Program-made: the position numbers and the translations under genes
Source: Bacteroidaceae bacterium
Lineage (GTDB): Bacteria; Bacteroidota; Bacteroidia; Bacteroidales; Bacteroidaceae
Assembly: GCA_045220475.1 (NCBI GenBank)
Contig: JBGUVW010000031.1
Coordinates: 84,088 to 148,087 of the forward strand
Direction of reading: 5' to 3'
Length of the DNA stretch: 64,000 nucleotides
Notes under the pieces: generated by a model
The model's input: the letters and a program-made list of their open reading frames with translations, nothing else
What the model was told of the DNA's origin: nothing
The model's database searches: none
Shown here: piece after piece, positions 7,865-17,518 of the stretch
How positions within the stretch are numbered: position 1 is the stretch's first letter
Layout: every line of letters begins with the position of its first letter

Positions 7865-7872
7865 CAAAAGTA
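7865..7872 (-). promoter_or_regulatory. -7 box TACTTTTG for the 7790-6334 gene pair
   Basis: The plus strand reads caaaagta, an exact TAnnTTTG on the minus strand, 75 nt upstream of the ATG at 7790. Confidence 0.4.
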
Positions 7873-7933
7873 TATGAGCGACTATCATAAGGCAAGTTTA
7901 GGGCGCTGCAATTCTGTTGCTTTTAAACCGGCA

Positions 7934-7965
7934 ACAAAAAAAGGAGGCCTTAGTGACCTCCTTTT
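7934..7965 (-). terminator. Intrinsic terminator of the RND efflux operon
   Basis: Stem aaggagg/cctcctt (7941-7947 with 7957-7963). On the minus strand it is followed by a T-run (plus-strand A-run 7936-7942). Confidence 0.7.
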
Positions 7966-7991
7966 CATATTATTACACTATAAAATCATCT

Positions 7992-10900
7992 TTATGGTTC
8001 TTTACCCAGAGCCGGCAGCTTACTCTTTCCTACCGGGAAGAATACCGGCATCACAAAGACAATGGCCAGAACAGAGAACAGCATGCCACTCATTACGCCA
8101 ATGGCAAAACTGAACCAGAACTGGCTGTCACGACCGTCAAACAGGAACGGGATCAGGCCAAGTACCGTACTCAGGATTGTAAGCATGGTGGGTATGATCT
8201 TACGGTTGAAAGCCTTGATATAGGTCTTTAGGTTCTGCTTTCCGGTTGTTCCCGCTATGGTGTTGTACTCTGATGTCAGGTAGATTCCGGCATTTACGGT
8301 GATACCGCAAAGCATAATCATGGCTGCAAATCCACCCTGGTCAAAACCTACATGTATAAGCGGATAGGCCAGGAACATGCCGATAAAACTTACCGGAATC
8401 AGGATTACTATAACCAATGGCGATCGGAATGACTCAAACAGTATGGCACATATCATGAATATGACAAGTATAACCACAAAGATGAGCACCGTACGCTGTT
8501 TCTGCTGGCTCCAGTATACATAATTTGAATCACCGCCGGCATGGAATCCCATAGGCAGAGTCTCATTGAGTCTTTTTATCAGTTTGTTGGCCATACGGCT
8601 ACGCAGATCCCATGAGCCTATGAACTCATATCCCACATTTATCACGTACTCCTGGTTGTTACGCTCAATATCAAGACCGGTACGGCGCTTGGTTATGGAG
8701 CCCACATCATTCAGGCGGGTGTTGATGCTATCCACAAGAACCATGTCATTGCGTATATGCCATAGGTCATAATAGTCTCTCTCTCCCGATACCAGACGGA
8801 TTGCGGTCTCCTTATGCCCGTCATAGACACTAGCTGAGTAAGAGTTGTAAAGCTGGTCGCTCAGAAATGAGAAATACTGGTTTAGGTTAGTTCCCGTACG
8901 GATAATCTTCTCCTCATCAAAATCCAGATAGAACTCATTCCTTACAAAAGAGCTGTATCCGCTTGAGAATCCGGCCTGTCCGTTTACACGGCGATTTGCC
9001 TTAAGAGTGTCTATCAGATCCTCGGCATATCTGTACAGCAGATCATAATTGTAACCGTACAGGCTGATAGTGTTACTCCAATAGGTCCTGTAAACGCTGT
9101 TATACAGAGGGTCGTCATTCTCTCCCAATGACGGTATGTACCAGGTGGCACCTCCGTAACGGGTTGCCTTGGACCACATCTGCTGCTTGAGTATAAACGG
9201 GAAACGGCTCTTCTGATACTCATCCTTGAAATGGATCTCTATCTGGCCCTGAGTTCCGTTAAGATAGGTGGTAAAGTCCTTAATCTCATCAAACTGCTGC
9301 AGCCAGTTTTCCATCTCCTTTACAATCTCATTGAGCTGCTGTACAGTCTGTCCCTCATCCATATTGGCAGTGATGCTGAGCACCACCTCGCGGTCCTCCT
9401 CCTGGCGTCCGAATGACATGCGACCGCCTGAATGTTTCTGGAACAGGTTAAAGGCTCCGCCCAGAGGATATTCAAACCAGGCCTTGTTACGCTGATACCA
9501 CTTGCCTCCTATGGTCTTGTTGTACAATCCCACCAGTCCGCCTTTGGTATTGTTTCCATCCTCATCATACTCCTTATGCTTGACCTGTGACGGCAGCAAC
9601 TGTACGGGTATTCCAAACAGCAGCAACAATCCTACTATATAAACCCATCGGTGTGATCGGCCCCATGTCACAATACGTTCATACTGGGCAGTACGTCTAA
9701 CCAGACGGCGCATACGTTTCATGGAGTTCTGTACCACGCCCTTGCTCTTGAGAGGCATATACTCAAGCAGTGCCGGAACGAACAGGAACGCAATAATCAT
9801 TGACAGGGTCAGGTTTATCACGATAACCCAGATAAAGTTGGTAAGTGAGTTGCGTGACTCCTCGGGCAGGAAGAATATGAGCATCAGAGCCGCGATGGTG
9901 GTAAACAATGCGCCCGATATGGAGAACATGACCTTACGGTCACCATAATAGGTATAGTGGTCCGCTATCACTATGGCCGTATCGATTATTATACCCAGTG
10001 AAACCGTGATACCGGCCATAGAGTAGAGTTCAATCGATACCCCGAATAGTTTGTAGAATGCTATCGCGCTCAGGATATTTACCGTAATGGTGAGTCCTAT
10101 CACAAGCAGGTAACGGAAACTGCGGCTTACCAACAGCACAAACATCAGCAGTATGGCAAGTGACATCACGGCACGGAAGAATATCTTCTCAATCTCATTG
10201 CTCAGATTCTCTGACCCGTCATACTCAAGTTTGACGGCAAAGTTCTCGGGCATTGAGGCCTTGAGTTCCTCCATTTTCTGCTTTGCGGCAGCTGCCACCG
10301 TTACTATGTTGATATCCTCCTGGCCCATTATGGTAAGGCCAATCATGTTAAGGCCATTGATACGCCTATAGTAACTTGGTATACGCTCCTGATATGAGAT
10401 GGTTGCAAAATCACCTACATAATAGAGGCGGTCACCCACCTTGGTTACCGGGATGCTCTCTATGTCGTTCCTTGCATCCATGGTCCTAAGGCGCACAAGC
10501 ATCAGGTTGTCATCAACTACCTCAGTTCCCACAATCTCATTGCTGCGTCTGAAATATCGGCTTATTGCATTACTCAAGACGCTGGGGGTGAGTCCGGCAG
10601 CACGCAGTGAGTTGGGATCAAAGGTAAGCACCCATTCAAAAGGCTCTGCACCTGATGGCTCTACTCCGTCCACTCCCTCAATACGTGACAGAGGTGTGAC
10701 AAGATGATCCTGGACATACCTTACAATCTCCGTTGCAGGCATATCGGCATTGATGGAGTAAGAAAGAAGTGTCTTCTTGCCACGTCCGCCACCACCCGAT
10801 GAGCCACTCACCCGATAATGTGCGTCCTGAGGCAAGCGGGAGCGGATCTGGCGCAGACGTGTGGAGACATCAAATCTGGTGGTCTCCATATCCGTACCCT

Positions 10901-11186
10901 TCTTGAAAGTAAGATTGATGTAACCTCCATTCTGTCTGGACGTAGCTCTGATACTGCTCACGCCGGCAACGGTATTGAGTGCGCCCTCTATGACCGATGT
11001 GATCTCACTCTCAATCACACGGGCAGAGCCTTTGCCGCCAAAATCGACGCTCAGTCCCAGATTCTCGGTCTTGGGCTCATACTGTACGTTCAGCAGCGGG
11101 ATGCAGGCCGCACCCACCAACATGAGCACAATCATTATAAGGATTATGGAAAAAGCATGGCTCTTTCCTTTCTGCTTATCACTCAT
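7992..11186 (-). CDS. RND efflux permease (AcrB/MdtC-like), second of a tandem pair
   Basis: 1064 aa with the typical RND layout of N-terminal TM, large periplasmic loops and two 6-TM bundles. ATGA overlap with the upstream RND gene. Confidence 0.9.
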   Translation of the reverse strand: MSDKQKGKSHAFSIILIMIVLMLVGAACIPLLNVQYEPKTENLGLSVDFGGKGSARVIESEITSVIEGALNTVAGVSSIRATSRQNGGYINLTFKKGTDMETTRFDVSTRLRQIRSRLPQDAHYRVSGSSGGGGRGKKTLLSYSINADMPATEIVRYVQDHLVTPLSRIEGVDGVEPSGAEPFEWVLTFDPNSLRAAGLTPSVLSNAISRYFRRSNEIVGTEVVDDNLMLVRLRTMDARNDIESIPVTKVGDRLYYVGDFATISYQERIPSYYRRINGLNMIGLTIMGQEDINIVTVAAAAKQKMEELKASMPENFAVKLEYDGSENLSNEIEKIFFRAVMSLAILLMFVLLVSRSFRYLLVIGLTITVNILSAIAFYKLFGVSIELYSMAGITVSLGIIIDTAIVIADHYTYYGDRKVMFSISGALFTTIAALMLIFFLPEESRNSLTNFIWVIVINLTLSMIIAFLFVPALLEYMPLKSKGVVQNSMKRMRRLVRRTAQYERIVTWGRSHRWVYIVGLLLLFGIPVQLLPSQVKHKEYDEDGNNTKGGLVGLYNKTIGGKWYQRNKAWFEYPLGGAFNLFQKHSGGRMSFGRQEEDREVVLSITANMDEGQTVQQLNEIVKEMENWLQQFDEIKDFTTYLNGTQGQIEIHFKDEYQKSRFPFILKQQMWSKATRYGGATWYIPSLGENDDPLYNSVYRTYWSNTISLYGYNYDLLYRYAEDLIDTLKANRRVNGQAGFSSGYSSFVRNEFYLDFDEEKIIRTGTNLNQYFSFLSDQLYNSYSASVYDGHKETAIRLVSGERDYYDLWHIRNDMVLVDSINTRLNDVGSITKRRTGLDIERNNQEYVINVGYEFIGSWDLRSRMANKLIKRLNETLPMGFHAGGDSNYVYWSQQKQRTVLIFVVILVIFMICAILFESFRSPLVIVILIPVSFIGMFLAYPLIHVGFDQGGFAAMIMLCGITVNAGIYLTSEYNTIAGTTGKQNLKTYIKAFNRKIIPTMLTILSTVLGLIPFLFDGRDSQFWFSFAIGVMSGMLFSVLAIVFVMPVFFPVGKSKLPALGKEP

Positions 11187-14100
11187 CTTTCTGTGTGCTT
11201 ATAGATTACGTAATAAGCCAGGGGTACAAAGAACACGCTCACAAACGTACCTGCAATCATGCCGCTTATGAGAGCCAGAGACAGAGGATACTGCAGGTCA
11301 CTACCCATATCGCCACGCACCAGGAACGGAGCGATGGCAAGGATAGTGGTGAGAGATGTCATTACTATAGCCTTAAGACGGCGGCTGCCGGCTTCAAGAA
11401 TAGCGTGTTTAAGCCCCATACCGCTCTCGCGCAGACGGTTTATGGTATCCACCTTAAGTATGGAGTCATTGATAACGATACCGCACATAACCACCATACC
11501 GATCATGGACATAAGGTTCAGAGTCTCACCAAAGATCCACAGTACACCAAGCACCGCAAAGATGTCTATGATAAGCTCACTCAGAATAATGAATGGCTGT
11601 ATCAGACTCTCAAACTGAGCCGACAGGATAAAGAACAGCAGCAGGATTGATATGACAAGCACTCCGCACAGCTCCTTTATCATCTCGCGGTTGGTAAAAT
11701 ATGTACCTGAGAAACTAACGTCAAACTTCTCATCGGCACGAACCACTTTCTGGATGGCATCCATGGCACGGCGTGCCTCCTTACCCTTAACATTGAGAAC
11801 CAACGGATAGAACTCACGGTCCACGCCCGATGTAATTGACTTGAGGTCACGGTTACGTGTCTCCTTGAGCAGGATCTCAAGCGGAACGCGTCCGCCACGG
11901 GTATCCAGATACTGGTTCTGGATAAGGTCACGTGCCTCCTTCTCGCCCACACCAATAACCACAGGCATGGAGATATCGCCCTTGGATATACGCAGAACGG
12001 AACTTGAATTCATTGATTTCTGCAGATAGCTGAGCAGCGTATTGAAATCCACCTCATAGAGGGCCAGACGCTCCGGATCTGCAACAAGCTCAATATACTC
12101 ATTCCACTCGGCCGGCTGAATCTCAATGTCGGGCAGTTCAGTACGTATGGAGCCAAGCAGGGATGTAAGCTGGTCAGGATCAGGGGTACTACCATTGGTA
12201 CGTTTAATACGTGCCACCAACGGCGGTTCATGATCTGAGAACAGCATATCAAAGATATTTCCCGATGCCTGACTGCTGTGAACGGCATCAGGCCAGGTCT
12301 TATGGATATACTCCGCTACCTGCTCCTCTATCTTATCAATGTCATGTGTTGATCCGGCCTTGATATAGATTATAGCCTCTGACAGTGTCAGCTCACGAGT
12401 GTGTGACAGGGCAAACTGCTGTGCACCGGTCATGCAGGTGTACTGCTCAACCATATCCGGGAACTGAGCCACGATCTGCTCACAACGACTGTTGTTCTCC
12501 TCAATCGATATGCGCTGGTTCCATTCAATGTTTACAAGAGTGTCACTGTGTGAAAGAACAGGCAGTTTCTGCTTGTCAAGCTTGATGAACAACACGCCTA
12601 TCAGCAATACGGCGGCACCGAATATGCCCCACATCACACCCCTGCGGCGGAAGAACCAACTCAGTATGCGGTCATAACCACCGGTCATGTTACCCACGCT
12701 TATCTTGCTTATGAACTTGTTGGGGGTAAAACAGGGCTGGTTCTTATAGAAACGGTAATAGAATACCGGAATGACCATTACGGAAACTATGAGTGCCGAT
12801 ATAAGAGTGATGGTAACTGCCATTGCCTCATCATAGAACAGGGCACCGGCAATTCCGCTCATGAATATAAGAGGAATGAATATGGCACATGTGGTGAGCA
12901 CGGAGCTCAACATAGGTGTGAACACCTCCTGGGTTCCGTAAACACAGGCATCCTGCAAGGGTTCTCCCTTCATCCAGCGTTGCGTGATGTTATCAATCGT
13001 GATGATGGAGTTATCCACCATCATACCCAAGCCCAATACCAGACCGGACAGAGAAATGATGTTGATTGATATCTTGAGCACGTAGAAGAACAGGAATGAC
13101 AATATCAGTGCCGTAGGAATGGTAATGACCACCAGCAGCGGACTGCGTACATCCTGCATAAAGAAGAATATTATGATACAGGCAAACAGGGCACCATACA
13201 GAAGGTTACGTACCATGTTGTTGATGGAGTAATCAAGCAACTCCGTCTGGTCACGTGTAATGGTGAACTCCATATCGGGATAATCCTTGTCAAAGGCATC
13301 CATCAGTTTCTGGATACCCTCACGCAGATTGGCCATTCGGGCATCGGTACGTTTGATTACAGCCAGTGTCACGCACTGTGAGCCGTCACTGGTAACCTCA
13401 CCCTTCTTACGCTGCTGCTCCTCACGTACCTCGGCCAGATCCTTGATCTGATAGGTGCGGCCGCCCAGTTTGAGCCATACGTTCTCAACATCCTCACGTG
13501 TAACCACGCTGGACTCAAAACGCACGTCAAAACGGTACTCACCGTCACGGATGGACAGGCTACCCAGGTTAACGTTGGCGCTTTGGATGGCATTGCTCAG
13601 TTGCTGCTCATTGGTACCTAAGGCACGCAGTTTCTCCATATCAGGTATGACAAGCAACTGCGGGTACACCTGTCCCGATACATCCACCATTGCCACCTCA
13701 GGAATCTGCTCCAGACGGCGTACAATGACCTGACGTACAAAATCGCTCATCTCCATGAAACGGTTATCACTGGTGTTGAGCCCCTTCTTGATGGAGACAT
13801 TTATAAAGAATGCCGGGATATCCGTAGCACTGGCACGTGCTATCATCGGGCGCTCCTCACCCTGAGGCCATCCTGCACGGTCCACGCGCTCATTGACATC
13901 TATAAAGATGTAATCGGCGTCTGCTCCGTACTCAAATGTCATCTGAATAAGGCCGCTGCCGTCACGGGCAGTACAGGTAATATCCTGCAGATGCGGGACC
14001 TGCACCAGCTCACTGCGCAACCTCTCCAACAGGATGTCGTTCAGCTCTCGCGCACTGCGGTCAGGCGATGTAACCTGAACCGTAATCTGCGGTATATTGA

Positions 14101-14212
14101 TATCGGGAACAAGTGATACCGGCAGTTTACGTATGGCCGCAATACCCAGGACCATAACTGCTATCAGCACCATGGTCACCGCTATGGGGCGGTTGGTCAA
14201 TCCTTTGAACAT
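11183..14212 (-). CDS. RND efflux permease (AcrB/MdtB-like), first of a tandem pair
   Basis: 1009 aa. The N-terminus MFKGLTNRPIAVTMVLIAVMVLGIAAIRKLPVSLVPDINIPQITVQ is typical of the HAE1 family. Confidence 0.92.
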   Translation of the reverse strand: MFKGLTNRPIAVTMVLIAVMVLGIAAIRKLPVSLVPDINIPQITVQVTSPDRSARELNDILLERLRSELVQVPHLQDITCTARDGSGLIQMTFEYGADADYIFIDVNERVDRAGWPQGEERPMIARASATDIPAFFINVSIKKGLNTSDNRFMEMSDFVRQVIVRRLEQIPEVAMVDVSGQVYPQLLVIPDMEKLRALGTNEQQLSNAIQSANVNLGSLSIRDGEYRFDVRFESSVVTREDVENVWLKLGGRTYQIKDLAEVREEQQRKKGEVTSDGSQCVTLAVIKRTDARMANLREGIQKLMDAFDKDYPDMEFTITRDQTELLDYSINNMVRNLLYGALFACIIIFFFMQDVRSPLLVVITIPTALILSFLFFYVLKISINIISLSGLVLGLGMMVDNSIITIDNITQRWMKGEPLQDACVYGTQEVFTPMLSSVLTTCAIFIPLIFMSGIAGALFYDEAMAVTITLISALIVSVMVIPVFYYRFYKNQPCFTPNKFISKISVGNMTGGYDRILSWFFRRRGVMWGIFGAAVLLIGVLFIKLDKQKLPVLSHSDTLVNIEWNQRISIEENNSRCEQIVAQFPDMVEQYTCMTGAQQFALSHTRELTLSEAIIYIKAGSTHDIDKIEEQVAEYIHKTWPDAVHSSQASGNIFDMLFSDHEPPLVARIKRTNGSTPDPDQLTSLLGSIRTELPDIEIQPAEWNEYIELVADPERLALYEVDFNTLLSYLQKSMNSSSVLRISKGDISMPVVIGVGEKEARDLIQNQYLDTRGGRVPLEILLKETRNRDLKSITSGVDREFYPLVLNVKGKEARRAMDAIQKVVRADEKFDVSFSGTYFTNREMIKELCGVLVISILLLFFILSAQFESLIQPFIILSELIIDIFAVLGVLWIFGETLNLMSMIGMVVMCGIVINDSILKVDTINRLRESGMGLKHAILEAGSRRLKAIVMTSLTTILAIAPFLVRGDMGSDLQYPLSLALISGMIAGTFVSVFFVPLAYYVIYKHTER

Positions 14213-14213
14213 A

Positions 14214-15308
14214 TCATTCCAGAACTACCGGAGCCTCATCGCCAAGATTAAGGTTTCCGCTGGTAATAATAAGGTCACCTAACTCAAGATCGGCTCCACG
14301 GTCCTTATTGGCCTCAACCACATGCTCCGTGGTGTTTGACATGAGCACATTCACATATGTCCACAGGCTCTTTCCGTCCTTGTATCGGAACAGCACATCC
14401 ATGTTGTCACGTATAACCACTGCGCTTTTGGGAACCACCAGCTGGTCTGGGATGCTGTTCTCAACAGTAATGCGCACGTTCATTCCGTCCATCAGGTCAT
14501 CTGATCCCGGAACCTGTGCAGTAACGGCAATCTGACCGTTCTGGTCAACAGTGGGGTTGATGGATATGATTGAACCCTTAAGCTCCACATCATTATCCAC
14601 AAACGGGGATACCAGCACCTGCTGGCCCACACGGATAAACTTATACTCTGTCTCCAGCACGCTGAAACGTACCAGATAACGGCTGTCATCAATCAGAGTG
14701 CACAACTGGCCGCTCTGCTCATGAACACGACCCTTAAGGCTGGCCACCTTTCCGCTGAAAGGAGCCCTAAGGTCACACTGCTCATATGTCCTCTCTGCGT
14801 TGGCAAGTGATATCTGAGCGTCTATGAAACCGCAATTGATATATATCACACGCTTCTGGTCTGCCGGAATCTTGGCAGTATCAGAGAGTGAATAACCGTA
14901 ATCCAGCAGCTTATCGGCCAGACTCATCTCGGCCTTGTCATATGACAGACGGGCCTGCTCCAGCTGACGGCGGGGCTGCTCCTTATCAAGTGATGCCAGG
15001 ATCTGTCCCTTCTGCACCTTCTGTCCGTCACGAACACCAATCTCAGCCACAGTACCCTGGGTTGCAAACTGAATGGTAACCTTACTCTGAGCCTCAAGCT
15101 TACCGTTGCAAACCAACTGCTTGTTAAAGGCCTTACGCTCCAGAGGTACCACGGTCACAACATTCTTCTCGGCATTGTAAGTACCGCGGGCCATCTCAGT
15201 ATCATCAGTATTCTCATTCTTCTCTTTCTTACCCTTGCAGCTGTTCATTCCATATGCAAGTGCTGCAAACAATACTATTGACGCAATCTTTAAAATATGC
15301 TTTTTCAT
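14214..15308 (-). CDS. RND periplasmic adaptor (membrane fusion) lipoprotein
   Basis: Start is set at M26 (ATG 15306-15308), giving MKKHILKIASIVLFAALAYGMNSC with a lipobox. It shows HlyD/MFP-type barrel-sandwich sequence. The longer track ORF would overlap the TolC gene. Confidence 0.85.
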   Translation of the reverse strand: MKKHILKIASIVLFAALAYGMNSCKGKKEKNENTDDTEMARGTYNAEKNVVTVVPLERKAFNKQLVCNGKLEAQSKVTIQFATQGTVAEIGVRDGQKVQKGQILASLDKEQPRRQLEQARLSYDKAEMSLADKLLDYGYSLSDTAKIPADQKRVIYINCGFIDAQISLANAERTYEQCDLRAPFSGKVASLKGRVHEQSGQLCTLIDDSRYLVRFSVLETEYKFIRVGQQVLVSPFVDNDVELKGSIISINPTVDQNGQIAVTAQVPGSDDLMDGMNVRITVENSIPDQLVVPKSAVVIRDNMDVLFRYKDGKSLWTYVNVLMSNTTEHVVEANKDRGADLELGDLIITSGNLNLGDEAPVVLE

Positions 15309-15327
15309 ACTCGTATAATTTCTATTC

Positions 15328-16839
15328 TTACTTGATAAGGTTGTCAAACTCAACACTAATGTCCTTGCCCGATTCCGGGTCATACAACGTAGTGCGTCTT
15401 ATGGCAAAATAATAGTTCCAGAAATTGCCAACACTGGAGACATAGTTGCTCAAGGCATCGTCACGTTTCTCCTTAAGCTGATCCAGCTGGGTCATGGTCA
15501 TTGAACTGCTGCTGAAATTCTTGAGCGCAAGCTCATAGCTCTCCTCAGCCAGGTCAGCTGCACGCTTTGAGATCTCACACTGACTGCGCTGATTGTTGAA
15601 CTGCATGACCTGGGTGAACAGGTCCTGACGGTAATCAATCATATTCTGCTCCAGACGGTTACGTGTGGTTTGGGCTCGAGCCTCGGCCATACGTACACGT
15701 CCGCGTGCCAGGCCCCAATCCAGAATGGGGATGTTGAGCTGAACATTAATAACCTCCTGGTCTTTAAGCTCAATGAACGTATCCCTGAATTTCTCCGATG
15801 AGCCCGACATACCGAATCTGGCGTTCAGTCTGGCAGACAGGCCCCTCTCCGACTTGGCCCTTGCGATACTGGACTCGGCCTCAATATACTCTATTTCCTG
15901 ACCCAGCTGGAATGATGAGTTGTGCAGAGCCCTGTCCAACATATCATCATAATCCAGAGTCACATCAGGAATATCATAGTCAATCTTAAGGTTCAGTTCC
16001 GTATCCTCCTTATAACCAATGTAAGAGCACAGACGGTTCAGTGACGAACGCAGACTGACCGACAAGGAACTCAGTTTCAAAGAGTCATTAAGCATTGTCA
16101 CCTCAATCTGCATAAGCTGGTCACGAGTTATGGTACCCATCTCAAAACGTGTCTGACCGGCCGCGAACAGGCGTTTACTCTCCTCAAAACTCTTCAGGGC
16201 ACGTTCATATTGCTCCTTTTCACGCACGTAACCCCAGAAATAAGAGACGGCAGTCTGGTTAACCTGCTCCATACTCTCAATGTATTGGCGTTTTGCCACC
16301 TCATACTGCTTGGGCTGTGTCTTTTTCTCCCACTTGAACTGGTTGTATCCCCACAGACTCTGGGCATAACTCAGATAAATGGGCTGTGCATAATAGGATG
16401 TAAGACGTGACGGGCTGTACTGATCCAGTCTCTGCATATCGGTAGACAGAGTAATCTGACCACCTGTAAGCGGAATGTTCTGACTGAAATTCAGCGTAGC
16501 GGTGTTTGTCATATTGTAACTGGTCCTGTAAGCTACAGCACCCGTACTGAAATCCTGCAGCTTATCAAGCGAACGTCTAAAATCGCCCAAAGTGGCACTA
16601 AGGCTCAATGAAGGCAACAGCTGCGCCTTATAAGAGCGGTAATTCCAGTACGACGCCACAAAATTGTTACGGTTACTCATTGAAGAGATTGAGTTCTCCT
16701 GAGCCAGTTGAATCACTTCCTGCATTGTAAGTGTTCTGGGACCGATAATCTGTCCTCCACACAAGGAATGCGCCAACAGCGCCGGCAGCAGGAGCAAAAC
16801 TCTTAGAAAAGGTCTTTTCATAAAGTTGATTGCAAACAA
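15328..16839 (-). CDS. TolC-family outer membrane efflux protein
   Basis: 503 aa with a signal peptide. LTMQEVIQLAQENS near the N-terminus and two OEP repeats are typical of TolC-like proteins. Confidence 0.85.
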   Translation of the reverse strand: MFAINFMKRPFLRVLLLLPALLAHSLCGGQIIGPRTLTMQEVIQLAQENSISSMSNRNNFVASYWNYRSYKAQLLPSLSLSATLGDFRRSLDKLQDFSTGAVAYRTSYNMTNTATLNFSQNIPLTGGQITLSTDMQRLDQYSPSRLTSYYAQPIYLSYAQSLWGYNQFKWEKKTQPKQYEVAKRQYIESMEQVNQTAVSYFWGYVREKEQYERALKSFEESKRLFAAGQTRFEMGTITRDQLMQIEVTMLNDSLKLSSLSVSLRSSLNRLCSYIGYKEDTELNLKIDYDIPDVTLDYDDMLDRALHNSSFQLGQEIEYIEAESSIARAKSERGLSARLNARFGMSGSSEKFRDTFIELKDQEVINVQLNIPILDWGLARGRVRMAEARAQTTRNRLEQNMIDYRQDLFTQVMQFNNQRSQCEISKRAADLAEESYELALKNFSSSSMTMTQLDQLKEKRDDALSNYVSSVGNFWNYYFAIRRTTLYDPESGKDISVEFDNLIK

Positions 16840-16867
16840 TAAATACTATTAATAATCAGGTTTCCGG

Positions 16868-16875
16868 CAAAGGTA
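16868..16875 (-). promoter_or_regulatory. -7 box TACCTTTG for the efflux operon
   Basis: The plus strand reads caaaggta, 29 nt upstream of the ATG at 16839. Confidence 0.4.
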
Positions 16876-16943
16876 AACAATCTTTTGGCCCACCCATACC
16901 TATGTTATAGTTTTTTTATTTTTTAATAAACACGGTATTGCTA

Positions 16944-16951
16944 TATCTTTG
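16944..16951 (+). promoter_or_regulatory. -7 box TATCTTTG for the GNAT gene
   Basis: Exact consensus, 19 nt upstream of the ATG at 16970. It lies inside the TTG-started track ORF, so that start is rejected. Confidence 0.45.
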
Positions 16952-16969
16952 TACCACGTGATCAAGGAT

Positions 16970-17518
16970 ATGGATTCAGTCATTACACTAAGAAAAGCCA
17001 CCCAGGCCGATTCACGTTTCATTGCCGAGAACGTGCTCCGTGCGCTGCATATTGAGGAGACTGATCCCCGCCACATAGACCATCTGGCCACCATAAGCAG
17101 CCGTGAAGACACCTTGTACAGCTGGCGGAACTCCACGATTGCACTCTATGACGGTCAACCCGCCGGCCTGATGGTAGCCTATGACGGTGCCCGATACCGC
17201 CGTATGCGTGACATAACATTCCCCATGATCCGCATGTACGTAGGTGATGACTACAACCAGATGGATGACGAGGCCCGTCCCGGCGAGTTTTACCTTGACT
17301 CCCTGGCCGTACTCCCCCAGTTCCGCCGCAAAGGCGTAGCCACTGCCCTGATCAAAGAGATGTTCCGCCTGCAAAACGCCGCAGGAATACCCCTAGCCAC
17401 CATTGCCGTTGATCCGGAGAATGATGAAGCCTACCGCCTATACAGTGCGAACGGATTCCGTCACGACGGCTTCATCTCTGTATTCGGAACCACCTACCAC
17501 CGTTTGGTCTGCCCATAA
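16970..17518 (+). CDS. GNAT-family N-acetyltransferase
   Basis: It carries an acetyl-CoA binding motif region (LAVLPQFRRKGVATALI). Start is taken at the first ATG downstream of the promoter box. Confidence 0.8.
   Translation: MDSVITLRKATQADSRFIAENVLRALHIEETDPRHIDHLATISSREDTLYSWRNSTIALYDGQPAGLMVAYDGARYRRMRDITFPMIRMYVGDDYNQMDDEARPGEFYLDSLAVLPQFRRKGVATALIKEMFRLQNAAGIPLATIAVDPENDEAYRLYSANGFRHDGFISVFGTTYHRLVCP

Noticed and set aside
7791-7895. 35-codon N-terminal extension of the 7086-7895 track ORF.
   Set aside because: A clear signal peptide begins at the internal Met (ATG 7788-7790). An exact -7 box lies at 7865-7872, inside the extension.
15309-15383. 25-codon N-terminal extension of the MFP gene.
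   Set aside because: It would overlap the TolC gene by 56 nt. The internal Met gives a canonical lipoprotein signal (MKKHILKIASIVLFAALAYGMNSC).
16949-16969. TTG start of the GNAT ORF in the track.
   Set aside because: The exact promoter box TATCTTTG (16944-16951) overlaps it, so the first ATG at 16970 is the more likely start.
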